The notes under the pieces: generated by a model | Databases searched by the model: none | Told to the model about the DNA's origin: nothing | Seen by the model: the letters and a program-made list of their open reading frames with translations, nothing else | Part shown: positions 23,847-36,870 of the stretch, in pieces | Position numbering within the stretch: the stretch's first letter is position 1 | Layout of the letters: the number at the start of each line of letters is the position of its first letter | Program-made: the position numbers and the translations under genes | From: Flaccisagitta enflata | Lineage: Eukaryota | Reading direction: 5' to 3' | Assembly: GCA_965153355.1 (NCBI GenBank) | Contig: OZ231126.1 | Span: 33,852,001-33,916,000 of the forward strand | Length of the DNA stretch: 64,000 nt

Positions 23847-26800
23847 TTAGGAATTGGCAGAGAACAGGTCAGCGAGAACGTCTTGCGTGGCGTTTCCACC
23901 GTCACGACCGTCCTGGCCGGCGTCGGCAACGGCGTTGGTGTCGGCAACGTCGCCCTCGGCGGTTTCCTCCACGCCGGCGTTGGCCACGTCATCGTCGACG
24001 ACGTCCTCCCATCGATCGCTCAGTCTTGCTTCCATCTCAAGGCAGCCTTCGACGAAGTCATCGAAGTCAGCGTACGGCATTTGAAGAACCGAGCGAGCTT
24101 CAATGGCCCTGCGGAAGATGCGGCGCCGTCCTTCGACCATGCCTCGTTCGTACTCGGCGATAAACTCTCCAATCAATTTGTCGCCTCTCTTCTGTTTCCC
24201 CAAGGCTTGATGTCTTTGACGTCGCCGAATGTCCATGACCCAGTCGCTCACTCCGAAACCGTAACTGGAGGATAGTGGATGGTTGGTAAAACACACAAGA
24301 CCCTAGCATAAATGATGTGACACAAGAAAATAGTATAAAGGATGCGACCGAAGAAACAAGCATAAACCATGCAACTTACCATTCCAAGAAATCCCAGAAT
24401 GCGTCTAGCTGAGGACTGTAAGCGCACTGGTCCATCCACTCGTGGTCTATTTTAAGGTCTCGAAAAAAGGACATGTAATAGACGTGGAAGAGGGTGCGCA
24501 AGTATCGGTCCCAGCTACCACAATCGTTGCCTTCCGCGCGAGTTAGGAGCCACGTTAGCCCGTATTCGGTGCAGGCTCCGACGTCGAAGTCTCCCGACTC
24601 GTCATGGTGAAGAAAAAACATGGCGCAATGGGGGCCTCTGCTAGCAACCTCCATGATGTCATCGATATCCTGCGGGATGAAGGATGGATGAGAAATTGTA
24701 AATGTGGTTAAAGATCCTAGATCCAAATATAATTGTTACATTAGGCACGCCCTTTCTTTTCATAAACGGTGGGTAACACGACGTTCCAGCCGATTACAAT
24801 TAATAAAATGTGTCACTGTTTTTAGCGCTGTAAGACACCCAATGCAACACAATGTGGTACAATACCGGTATTTTTGGACATCCGAATTCGTTCAAAAGCC
24901 ATTGGATGACGTCGAAGCCAGCTTCGGCCTTGTCCATGACCCCTTTTTGAACGCGGACCTCGTCTCCCTCCTTGGAGATTATCATTGTTGCCAGTGGATG
25001 CAACAGCTGTATGAGGGTGGCCGCGTTTTGGATGCATAACTCGTAGGAGTTCCTCTTGTTCACGCCAGGCTCACGGTCACGAATGTGGTACGCGGTCAGA
25101 ATCTCGTTGGCCAGCAGCGGTTGCAGGTGGCGCAGATAGAGGAAGGGGAAGAGCTGGCGCGGATCCTAATGTATAAAAGACAAGTTGTCAAAAATTATAT
25201 TTTTAGAGGTACTAGAGACAGGATTAAATGGAACCCCCCCCCCCAACACACATTTCCTAACTAAACTTACAATCTTAGGGCTCCGGCTCAAAACCACGAC
25301 GATATGGCCGTATCGGCATAAGAATGCACCCAATTTGGAGTTGAAGAACTTGTCGATGTCTTTTTCTCTTGTCGACACCACCATCACGTTATCGTCGGGG
25401 ACGTGCCTGTTGTAGAGGCTCATGAGCCCTAATCGATCTTGCTCAAACTGAAGATTCCATCGGGCCACTCGTTCGGGAAACGTCGTCTTCAGAGTAGTTT
25501 CAACCAACTAAATGGAAGAATGAAGTCAAACAAGTCAAGTATTAAAAAATATAGGCATGACAAGTGGTGTCTTTATAGAGGCATGTGTGGCAGGCGTGTG
25601 TGCCATTGATGGCACGTGAACGCATGTGTTCCTTTAATGGAGCCATGCCCATGAAGGCATGGCCAGGAAGCCATGTGTGCCATTCATATGAGGCAAGTTA
25701 CATTGTATCTGGTGGCCACTTACATTGTATACGCTGCTGAGCGTTTGCCAGTCGGGGATAGGCTGGACGTAGATCCGTCGGAAAAACTCGTTGATCCCCA
25801 AACTTCGCAGTTCAATGTTGTTGACAATCCTGTCCCAGAATTGTCTGACTTCCGCGGTCTTTACTTTTTTGATCCCGGCCTCTTTGGCGAGTGTCGACAC
25901 CATCGAAAGAAACATGCTGGGGGTGCAAGGCTGCACCGGAGGAGGAGGAGGAGGAGGAGGAGCAGCTCCGAAAGTCGAGATCGCTGGCCTGTTTTGAAAG
26001 TGTATATAAATAAAATTTTAACGAATGTGCTGGGAGGTGGAAATTGAAAAAAAATAAAAACAACCGTTTCCAGCACAAGATAAACAACCATTTACTTACA
26101 ATTTTTTTGGGCAGCGTTGGCCTTTCTTTCTCAACGCACTGTTTTCTGCAACGACACCCCTGTTAATGGTCAAGTTTGGAAATTTGTTATACCACGGGAA
26201 TTTCCAAACTGTCCTCTCCAACCACCTCCTTGTCGCTTAACTCACCCACGAGTGGAATCTTGGCTGAATTCCGGGGGGACGGCGGCATCATCGTCGCTAA
26301 CAGAGATGATTTGGGTCGGCAATTTTTCGACGGTGTCTTCCGCTTCGTAATCGGCATCAACATCCACGCCAGCCAAGTTGGGGATGGAGGGAGTGGTTTC
26401 TACCACCTCCGCTCTTGCGTTCTTGAAACTGTGAACATATATGGATGAAAATCTAACAGTTATATTGGGGGCCAAAGTATAATTATTGTCAATGACACTG
26501 AAAATTGCAATGTTAACGCTTCTCTTTTCGCATTACCTGTTCACAACTGAGCGAGTGATTCTCCGACGCTTGATTTGATATCGGTCCATAACCGCCAATT
26601 GCTCGGGAGTCAATGACTGCTCGTTATGATCCATTGCGTCGCCGAAACTCGTGGCAAATGGACGTTTGGAAAATTGGGGGAGAGACTTCTCACCGCCAAC
26701 GAAATCGGACCGCAATCGTTTTTGCCCAATGTGTCTGCCCGAGGACTTGGAAGACGACGAATTTGCAGCGGACGATTTTGAAGACGACGAATTTGCAGCG

Positions 26801-29800
26801 GACGATTTAGAAGACGACGAATTTGCAGCGGACGATTGGCCAGCGGATGATTTGGCAGAGCATGTAGTAGATGCAGTTGAGGGAAGCGCGGCTCCAATAT
26901 TTGGGGATTGTGTGTGCTTCTTGGTTCTGTAGAAAAATAATGGGATTATTATATAATGATCATCTCAGCCATGAAATATAATTGTTTTTTCTCATTCCCT
27001 TCGACTAAACTCAATTTCTTGTGTGTTCACAAGTTGCAATGTTACCTAGTCGGAGCAGCAGCGGAAGTGGACGTTGGTGAGGTCGCATTGGAGGGGACGA
27101 CATCCTCTTGAATCAAGTCGTTAAAATCGTCACCCCCGCTGTCATCTTCTTCAGAGTGATCATCGCTGCAGTCCTTCGTCCTTGTAACCAAAATATAATC
27201 ATGATATGAACCACATGATATTATTATCGCAGCAATCATGACACATAATTGTGTGTTGGCTGGCGAAAGCTTAATCTCACCTCCTCGATGTTGCAGCTGG
27301 AGCGGCAGCGGCAGCGGCAGCGGCAGTGGCGCGTCTGGAAGAGATTGTCAGATTGGCCGCTTGATTGGGCGGTTGAGACGATGGAATCACGCTGACATAA
27401 ACAATGGAAAAAAAAAATCACCATCAGCAATAAACTGTTTTCGAAATGGATAGTCTGATGGAATAATTCAAAAAATGCTTATCCACTTCAATAATACTCA
27501 CTCGTCAGCATCCGAAGCATCGTCCAAACCCTCGCTGGAAGCATCGTCGCCTTCATCCACAAACTGCTTCGATGTCGGAGTCTTGGCCGGTGGGGGGGGC
27601 ATGTTCGGCGTAGAACGTGCTTCCACCCGGGGAAAGTACCTTTCCACCTTCTTGGCCAGCTTTGCGTCTTCCAGCATTTGGGAGCGCAACTGGGCGCAAT
27701 TCAGTTTATTGCTAAGAAATAATAGCAAAAATTATAAATTAATAAATACATAAATAAATACATGAGATTTTAATTCATCAATAAATAGATCAGGTTTCAA
27801 ATCATCATTCAATAAATCATTATTCATCAATCATCACAAAATACATGAAATTTCAAATCTATGAATACATCATTCTCGACATGCATATGCAGGCAAATAT
27901 TTCATTATTTTAAGCAACCCCTTACCCTGGTTTCTCCAACGCTTTTTTGAGCAGTGCTGCGTGATGATTGATGTTTAAAGCCGTCTGACGCCCGAGCCAG
28001 TTCACCCCCTTGCCGGCTGACTTTGCCAAATTTTCGATTTCACGGCGCATATTGCTCAACGTTTCCCTTTGCTTTGGGGTCGCTCTTCTGCCATACAGAG
28101 AGTCTTTGTAGGTCTTCATCTGCCTCTTGAGGTCCCGCTGAAGTTCGCTGATGTTTTTGCCCTCCTTGGTGAATCTGTGAAAGTAAGAAAGAGTGGTGGT
28201 GTAATAAAAAGTAGTTAGCCAATGTCAGTGGAATCTGTAATTGTAGGAGCAACTGTACACCTACAGCGTAACCGTTTGCTACTTACGTGTCACGAAGTAA
28301 GAGGGAAATCGGAATCTCCTTGTGGTTGTCGGGCCACTCAAACAGTTTGCAACCCGCCATCTCCTCGGCAAAAAGGTCCACGAGGCGGAAAAACTCCCCC
28401 AAACAGACGTATGTTGGAGCTGAGTGGTGGGTCGGGCCGAAATTATCCTTCTGTATGAAAAGAAAATTTGCAGACTACTTATATAAACAGTTATAACAGT
28501 TTTGCAGTTGTACCACTTTAAACAGTTATATTAACAGTTACAACAGTTCTATTCGAAATAAGCATTTTCTCATGATAAAAATTTCGAAGCAATGATATAA
28601 AAACTACCTTAAACAACCCAATCACTGCACCTGGCTTTGTCGAAGGATCCTGTCCAAAATCCCGCGTAACAGCAATGTCTCGTTCTTCGACAACTTCGCC
28701 ACTCCACCCTACATTGTCAACAAAGAAACAGTGGCTATACAAAGCAAGAAATATAATTATTAGAAGATATGTCATTGTCATTGCTAACATCGCGCAACTC
28801 ACCACTTCCTTGATCCTCCCAAGAATATCAATGAGGTGGGGATCCGTTCTTATATATTGAAGGAGACCACCATTCATGACCCACATGTGGTACTGGCTCT
28901 TCGAGAACATTTTGCCTTAAAAAAACGTAAAAAAAAAGATCCATATAAATCCAACTGCTATTTCGATCATTACAATAACACCCTGCGTATAACAGTGCAC
29001 TTGGCTTAAGTTCCTTAACGATACCTTCAAAGTCGCTTCCGAGCTGTTGCGGGACGAATCGGCAGCGGTTGGAGTCGGAGTCGACGACGACATAGCCCAG
29101 GCAGAACACGTGCGAGACGCCGCGGGTGAGATCGTGATAACCGATCGGGCCTTTCCGCACGGGGCAGTGCAGCATCATATAAGGCCGGACGATTTTTATG
29201 TCTTTGCCGTCGTTGTCCTTTTGAACCGTAGGCGCTTGCATATAGAGCCGAAAAGGGTTTTTGGGGTCGGGTCCAGGCGTTTTGGTATCCGGCAACAGGG
29301 CTGGGTCTGTGGGCGAAATACAAACATTCATTATGTTTAGATAAGGTCAAATGGGCATATGGTGGAAAATACAAAAATTTATATACAACCTTAAAGGATA
29401 TAACAATTATATACAACCTTCAACAACATCCACGACTAAAAACTCACCACAAGTCGCCAGGAAACTATGTTCGCCGTTTTCGAGATCTACCATAAGGTAA
29501 TCCAGTTCTTCCGCGGTCAGGCCAGCGACGGTGGGCAATTTCGAGGGAGGAGCAAGAGAACGTTTTGGAGCTTTCTTTGCAGAAGGTTCTCCTGAAGCAG
29601 CGGTCGCCATGTCGACTTCTATCTCTCCTTCCATGTCTTCTTCGTCGTCTTCTTCATGGACTTCTTCATCGACATCTTCTTTTGACTCCCCCTCATCGTC
29701 ACTCCCTCTGTCACTCACTTCCTCATCCTTTTCCTGCTCATCATAATCCTTGCGATGAGAAGCAGGGCCACGACCTTTGCCACCTTCATTGGCGGAAGAG

Positions 29801-30036
29801 GGCAAGTAATCAGAATCATCCTCTGCCCTTGTTCTTCTGCGTGCGGTTGAACTGGTGACAGCTTTGTTTGCCGCAAGATCCTCTCTCAGCACGTCTCGAG
29901 GCTTCGCCGATGCGCTCTGACTTGTGTCTGGCCGGGATCTCTGCCGGCAAGTTGAATTGGATCCCGCGCCGGACTTCCCCACATCCTTCTTTCCCGACTT
30001 CCGCTGTCTCGGGCTCGTTACATACGCCTTGACCAT
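23847..30036 (-). CDS. Multi-exon EnSpm ORF2 (TnpA-position) accessory gene; exon structure only partly resolved and possibly disrupted
   Basis: A series of GC-richer exons is separated by short AT-rich GT-AG introns. The C-terminal LRTLFHVYYMSFF...YSPQLDAFWDFLEC|YGFGV resembles the LF..Y..F...Y......FL....G motif of animal EnSpm ORF2/SAMD3-like proteins. The N-terminal exons are acidic or Ser-rich. Confidence 0.6.
26745..26850. repeat. 30-bp tandem repeat, about 3.5 copies, inside an ORF2 exon
   Basis: GAAGACGACGAATTTGCAGCGGACGATTT occurs three times. It encodes Ser-rich repeats on the minus strand. Confidence 0.85.
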
Positions 30037-30037
30037 T

Positions 30038-32792
30038 TCACTCTTTCACCATTACGTTTACATTAAAGTCGTGCAAGCTGAGTACTGTGGAGGTGTTTAC
30101 CTGGTATGCATTAACAGGGGACATTTTTTTTCATCAAGAAAGAACTGTTCGATTGAATCATTTATTGTTTGTAAAGCGAACAGACCATGCGTTTCAATTG
30201 GAACAGGACGGAGTGGTTGCGCTAAGACTACAATTTCCGGGTGATGGTGGACAAGGGCTAACACGCGCATAAATTTCCCGTCAGGTGCGCCATTTTCCGC
30301 GAAAGCAATGACATCTTTGATTGTGACTTTCCCTACTGTAGTTGCGACGGATTTTAACCTTGACTGCGGATTATATTGCATATAAAACGTTATCGCTTGT
30401 GGGTGAAGTCCATTTTCGTTTTTCAAGATAGAAACTTTTCTTGTCTCCAATTGCGCTTGACTTCTTGATATTAATTTGGAATCGATGCGTCTCATGATGG
30501 TTTTTAATACATTTATTGTACATCTGCTACTACCGAACGCCCTCTTACACAACTGGTGTGTTTGCTCACAAAGCCCAGAATTCTGTAATGACAAAGGGAC
30601 GGCCCATCTGAGTGCAGCAGGGTAATGTACTAGGTTATGCTCTTTGGATTTGAGTCTGGGATCATATTCTCCAGTTGCTGTCCTTGTGAGATTCATGCGC
30701 GCATTCAATGTGTCTTGGATGTAAGCTTCCAACTGAGTTAGGCTAGCCACGTTGTGGTTTCGGGTTAGTAATAGTCTAGTTAAATGGAGAACTTTCAAAT
30801 AAAATTGCCAAACGGGGTGGACCGGATTTTCCACTTTCGAGTATAGCACAGTGCTAAACATTAATATAAAGATGTCTTGTGTGCGCAACTTTGTTGCAAA
30901 TCTTTATCTCTTTTTTCCATAATCAAATTTGAAGTAGGCTCGATTCCTGCAATCCTCCCTCCTGCAATCCTCCCTACGGAATTTAAAACGTTTCCACCGA
31001 TTTCTCAATGACATTGGCGATATCCATTGCAAGTCAAAGACAATACGGTTTACGATGATTGTCATCCAAGTTACAGTGCAGCCGAGAAAGAAATCATGAT
31101 CCAGATCTAAACAGTAAATGTTTGTGTTTGGGTGGATATATGGAATGTTGTGCAAAACGGGTACACTAGTGAATCCGTGCGGCAAAATATCGTCGTTGGC
31201 TTCGGCACGAATGACCTCCATGTATTCTTGAGGGGTGCGAATAGCGGCTGTTGACAGACTAGCAGCGGTATTTGCAGTAGCTAAATCAGCCATTAAATAA
31301 TGGCAAAAGCGACAACATTTTCCATGTGACCATGACCGCGTTAACCCACAAAGCTGATTCTGGGACAAAGTGTCCCCTATGATATACATGACTCTCACTT
31401 GGAGACGACGGCCCTTCCAAATCATACCATTTAGCACAACCTCTGTAAACTGCTTGTAAATTTCTTCCATTATCCTTTTTAATCCAATTTCTCCTACATC
31501 TTGAGAATAAATGAGTGCCAAAGGAAATACTTGTTCCAGTTTCCGTTGGTTCGTACCTTCCAAAATAATTATTACATAAAAGTTCCAAAGCTTATAATAA
31601 CTATTCTTGGCGTACAATGAGGCCAAAGGTTGAACTTCATCGTAAGCAATAGCAAGAAGTAAAACAGGCTGATCTTCTTGGATACTCAATTCCTGGTATA
31701 ATTGAGAGTTCTTTATAGAATGATGCGTTCCAGCACTTGGCGATTTCAGGTGAAACTGTTGGACTCGCTGCCAATTGTCTTTGGAGCTCAAAAACAATTT
31801 GATCATTTCCTGTACGTCATAGAAGTGAACTTGGATTCTTTTAGGGAGAAATGGGTCATTTCAATGGAAAACTTTTTACAGTTTCTGAATTTCAGAGCTT
31901 TTTGCCTTAAGTTGTTTGCGAGCATAACTGGATTTAAGCTGCCTAACTTTTTTCCTTAGCCGTTCTGTAATGGGGATTTGTAGATGTAACAGTAAGTTCC
32001 ATATAGTTTTCATAACAAAGTTGATTACGATTTCCGTCGCCGCGAACGTATTCTCCAGAGTATCAACTGCTTCCTCAAGTAGCTTTATTATAAAATCCAG
32101 ATTGCCACCAGCACCACCACCACCACCAACACCAACCAACACCACCACCACCACCACCTCCTCCTCCTCCTCCTCCTCCACCACCACCACCACCACCACC
32201 ATCCCCACTGCCATCACCTCCACCATCACCATCACCGCTACCACCGCCGCCACGACCACCATTGCCACTGCTGCCTACACAGAAATGCTCATCAAAAAAA
32301 TGCTCTTCCAGTTCACTGTCATCACCAACATCATCTTCCTCCTCCTCGTCCTCCTCAACCTCATTGTCACTACTTTCAGAGTCGCTGGACAAGGCATCGT
32401 TCTCCATGTCATCATCATTGTGCGGCTGGTCACATTCACAAAGTATATGGCCTATAAGTCTGTGTTTTTCAAAATGTTCAGGTCCGTTATAAACACACCT
32501 TGTTTTGGATATTATCTGGTATGGACATACTTTGGAATGGTCTGGTGCGAGTTCATAATGACTTTGGAGGAAACGAAAGTTGTCAGAGAGTTTTTGGGAG
32601 AAAGGAAGCGTTGTACCACAAACAAGGCACTCCTTTGTCTGTTCGAAGTGCCTGCTAATGTGTCTCCGAGCAGAGGCAGTGTCTGACACCCTTGTATATC
32701 GCTTGCACAAGAGGCATTTTGGCCTTGTGGTTTTCTTAGCGTTTACTTTGTCCAACAGGTCTTGAAACGCAATTTCTTTTAATGATGACATT
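30038..32792 (-). pseudogene. CMC/EnSpm (CACTA-type) DDE transposase, disrupted
   Basis: N-terminal C2H2 fingers (CLLC...H...H). Core motifs are LAIAYDEV, YIIGDTLSQNQLCGLTRSWS...CCRFC, LDLDHDFFLG (DxxH), KEHNLVHYP and LCEQTHQLCK. There is a frameshift in the Gly microsatellite, stops at 31876, 31861 and 30904, and a probable homopolymer frameshift near 30125. Confidence 0.85.
32105..32270. repeat. (CCA)n/(CCT)n trinucleotide tract inside the transposase (poly-Gly)
   Basis: Directly visible. The reading frame shifts within it. Confidence 0.9.
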
Positions 32793-32927
32793 TTAAAACT
32801 GAACAGGGCAAGGGCGCTATGGTGGGCAGATATAATGATTATAATTGCCACGTAGTCGGCAGAGTAATTATATGTCGCTTGTTTACGGCGTTCACTACTG
32901 TCACTACAAGTAATATTCCCAATACAG

Positions 32928-33413
32928 AACTGGAACAAGTATTTCCTTTGTCACTCATTTATTGTCAAGATGTAGGAGAAATAGGATTAAAAAGGATAAC
33001 GGAAGAAATTGACAAGCATTTTTTAGAGATTGTGCTAAATGGTATGATTTGGAAGGGCCGTCGTCTCCAAGTGAGAGTCATGTATATCATGGGGGACAAT
33101 TTGTCCCAGAACCAGGTTTGTGGGTGAACGGGGTCATGGTCACAAGGAAAATGTTGTCGCTATTGCCATTATATAATCGCTGATTTCCCAAGATTACATG
33201 GAGGTCATTTTTGCCGAAAGCAACAACGATATTTTGCCGCACGGCTTTATTACTGTACCCGCAACCGATTCGACATATCCATATATCGAGCGAAAGACAA
33301 ACATTTAGTGTTTAGATTCGAATCATGACAATCATAGTAAACCTATTGTCTCTCAATGGCAATGGATATCGGCAATGTCATTGAAAAGTGTTTAAAAAGT
33401 TTTCAGTTCCGTA
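32928..33413 (+). pseudogene. Inverted partial duplicate of the transposase core (copy of ~30975-31542)
   Basis: It encodes LEQVFPLSLIYCQDVGEIGLKRITEEI...GRRLQVRVMYIMGDNLSQNQVCG*. It is roughly 90% identical by eye over the first ~260 bp, then more degraded with two internal deletions. Confidence 0.92.
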
Positions 33414-34404
33414 ATCAATTAAAAATATTGCAAATTGTTGTCTGCCCTCGAGCCAAATATAATTAGTACATTCAGCTCCAGCCGATTGTACTAAAAAAAA
33501 AAAAGTGGAAGATGCTGACCACCCTGTTGTGCAATTGTAATGAAAAGATGCTCATTTAAGTAGCGTAGGTGAATTTGAAGATTACATAAAAGCCACATGG
33601 AATGCGCGCATCAATCTGACAAGGAGAGCAACTGGAGTCTATGGGTCCAAAAAAAGAATCCCAATTTAATCCAAACAGCGTAACCTTACGCATTACCCAG
33701 AAGCAATCAGATGGGCTTGCCCTTCCTTGTTCAACTCAGCATTGCCCTCTTCTTCCCTCACGGAGAAAATCCCTCAGTTATGTAAATCAGCGATTGGAAG
33801 TAGCCCATGTACTAAGGATATGAAAAAACTATCCTAGACACGATCATTTCCAAAGTGATAAGAAAAAGTAAACCGAATAACGGAAATGGATTGCCCTAAA
33901 ACAGTTCTACACAATTTCACCTCATACAACAAATAAAAAAGCTACATTGGTTACTTAACCAACAAGAGACGCAATGAATTGGGAACGGACACGAAAACGT
34001 GAAACAAAATTAATGAAAGAAATGTATGTTAAGAAATAACCAAACTTACATGACGTGTATCCTGTTGGCGACTTTTCTGTGCTTATTCTTATCTTTAGAA
34101 ATAGTTTAAACTTTACTCAGCGACATAAAAGAAATGGTCTTTGAAAGCAAAATTGATTAGTTATGTTCGGAAATTAATTTAGGCGAAATTGAGTGCTGCA
34201 CAACCAATTAGGAAATTGACCAAATGTCTTACCTCTTATTTCCCTTTGGAAAACGAAGCAAAGAACTATCACCAAAACCACGACGAATACTAAATCTACG
34301 TTACTAAGGTGAATGGTAACTGTGCAGCCGGGAAAACTAATTTCTACATCCATCGTTTACAATGGGCACTGTAAAGAAATGAAAATAGGTATTGGGACAT
34401 AAAA

Positions 34405-36870
34405 TCACATTTTCGGTGAGATGGACGACGCAAATTGATTGGAAACGTCCTTGCCCAACGAAGTGGATTTTAACTTTGCAAACACATTGAAAACGTTAGG
34501 TGACTCCGACGATTGGACTTTCAATTGTCCCTGGGAGTTGCGATGGACCTGCTCCCAGAATTTCGCCATGTTGTTGGCTTCCAGTTGTTGTTTACTCAAT
34601 CGTTTTGGAGTATTTTTTCGAGCGGTGTTTCTGCCCTTTGAAGGAGTGTGGTTGGACGAAGTTGCGTCTGCTTCCGTGGAGGTAACCTCACCCGCAGTCT
34701 CCGAAGGTTTGGTGACTTCACTCGCACTGTGAGAACGTTTCGATGGTCGCCCTACCCTCCTTTGTGGGTGCACCACCATCAACGCTGACGGCTGCAGTGC
34801 CGCGCTCCTCCTCGCACCAATACGACTGGAGCGTCGCTGTTCACCCGTCGCGTACACAATGGACTCCGACGATGACGTATCGCCTCCATCCATGTCGGCG
34901 TCATTTGAGATCCGTGAACGCGGTGAACGCGGCGGTGTCGATTCAGCGTCCCCGTCGTCGCCGCGAAAGAGGGAATGTTCGTAGTCGTTGTTCTTCACTG
35001 GGCAAGCACAAAGTAGGGAAGGAAAAGAATAAAACAGCCACACCTACACATTTGCTATCGGGAAGCATGAAACTGGGCGAATGAAATTAAAGTATATGTC
35101 TAAGCGGTAATGTTGATGCATATGACTTAAGAGATGGAAGTGAAAAACCCGGTCAAGACCAGCGTACAAATTTGAAACCTGCTCGCCCTATTCGTCATTT
35201 TGGCAACCAACAAGACTGTCGTGGGGAACATAATAAATATATTTGGCCCCCTTGTATTTCTTAAAACGGCCGCAAATCACACGATCGAGTCAAATATAAT
35301 AATTATATTTAGCCGTCATTAGTTCTTTTTAACCGACGGTAAACAAGACGGTCGAGCCGATTATGATTATTACAATAAGCACAGATTGTATAATTTATTT
35401 TAACACCGTGGAGCCCAATATAACGGTGAATGAATGAATGAATGAATGAATGAATGAATGAACCCATGAAACCTATAGTTACTATTAATTTCACACCTTG
35501 GTCATTTCGACGATGGGTGACGTTCGATGAACCCGTTGGAATCGCATTAGAATTAGTATGGACCAAGTTTAGGAGGGCGGATACACTCTCCTCAGTTGAC
35601 ACATGGCCTCCACTGCGCGTCGTCTGCTGAAGACGATGTTCGTCGGCGCCACCGCCCACCAAATCATCACGACAGACTGGAGCCGTAAACAAAGGAGGAT
35701 GGTTTGGACGGTCAACTGGAAGACCGTGAGGAGCAACATCCGGACCATGTTGCTGAGCGGGTTGCTGATAATGTTGATCAACTTCGGGAGCATGTTGACC
35801 GACTTGCTCGGAATGTGGAGAATCGGTGACGCGATGAAGACCGTCATCTCGAACAGCGGCATGACCGTCAACAGAAGCCTGTTTTTCACGGGCATCTAAA
35901 GGATCGTCAACACCGCCAGCTCGACATTCTTCATGAGGGACCTGTGGAGAAGCGATAGAAGGCGATTTTCCTGAGGAGCCGGGTTGCGAAGATGGGTCTG
36001 GCGCAGGGAAGGAAGAATGCGCCACGGCCTGATTCACCACTCCCACGACCTTGGTTGAAACATCTCCATGCTCGCCAATAACTTGAGGCGATGCTTTGCG
36101 AGAAATTTGTGCCAGATTTGCATCAAACACTCCACGTACATCATCCTCATGGACGGTAGATGAGTCCACCTCGCTCGAAAGTGTAAAGATACTTGTTGTG
36201 GCGGAAGACGTCAGAGTAACTCCCGCTGACAATGAACTCTCGTTGGAGTCTTCCCCTGCAGCGAGGAGGTTGGGCGTTGACGCGCTGAGTTGTGTGCCGG
36301 CCGCAGCGGCAGCGGCGGCGGCGTTGGCGGCGTTGTCGGCGTTGTCGGCGTTTGCGGCGGTGTTTGAGCTGTTTGCCGCCTCGATCTGACGAAGACGTTG
36401 TTGAAAGCGGCCCTTCGTGATAAGGACTTGCTCCTCTGGGAACAAGAAGATATAGACATAAATAAAGTGTGGGGAAATTAATTATCGTTTTCGGCTGTCT
36501 AGCGGATTTTACTAATTAAAAATTTTGCATTTGTAAAAAAATATGGCCATCGTGGAAAAGGCCTGAGATAAAAACAGAAACGTTCTATAAAAAGATTTAA
36601 TTTTAAAACTGTTTAAAGAAATGGGCGTTTGACAAGAGGAAGATGAAAACACAACACATAAATCACATAAGCATTGAAGCGTTGCGGTCCATAGGAGATT
36701 CGGTGGTTATGCGGCCATCATGCCAATGGTATACCGGCGTATTTGGCAGGATATTCAGCAATCGTTGTTTCTTCATGACTGATTGTGGGGTGTCCGACGG
36801 CGAGTTTGAGAAGCCATAGTCGATGGTGTCAGTGATGAGGAACGCGGACAAATGCTCTACCCAAAGTTTC
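34405..36870 (-). CDS. Hypothetical multi-exon low-complexity (Ser/Ala-rich) protein upstream of the transposase; may extend to ~38.4 kb
   Basis: Long GC-rich open frames at 34405-35043, 35309-36445 and 36663-36870 have plausible AG acceptors and GT donors. No domain was recognised. Confidence 0.45.

Noticed and set aside
26745-26850. CRISPR-like array
   Set aside because: These are head-to-tail 30-bp repeats with no unique spacers, in a eukaryotic context with no cas genes.
31970-32686. 238-aa plus-strand mucin-like membrane ORF
   Set aside because: It is the antisense shadow of the transposase N-terminus and its trinucleotide tract.
35569-35899. Overlapping hydrophobic ORFs on both strands
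   Set aside because: They are alternative frames of the GC-rich exon at 35309-36445, with no independent support.
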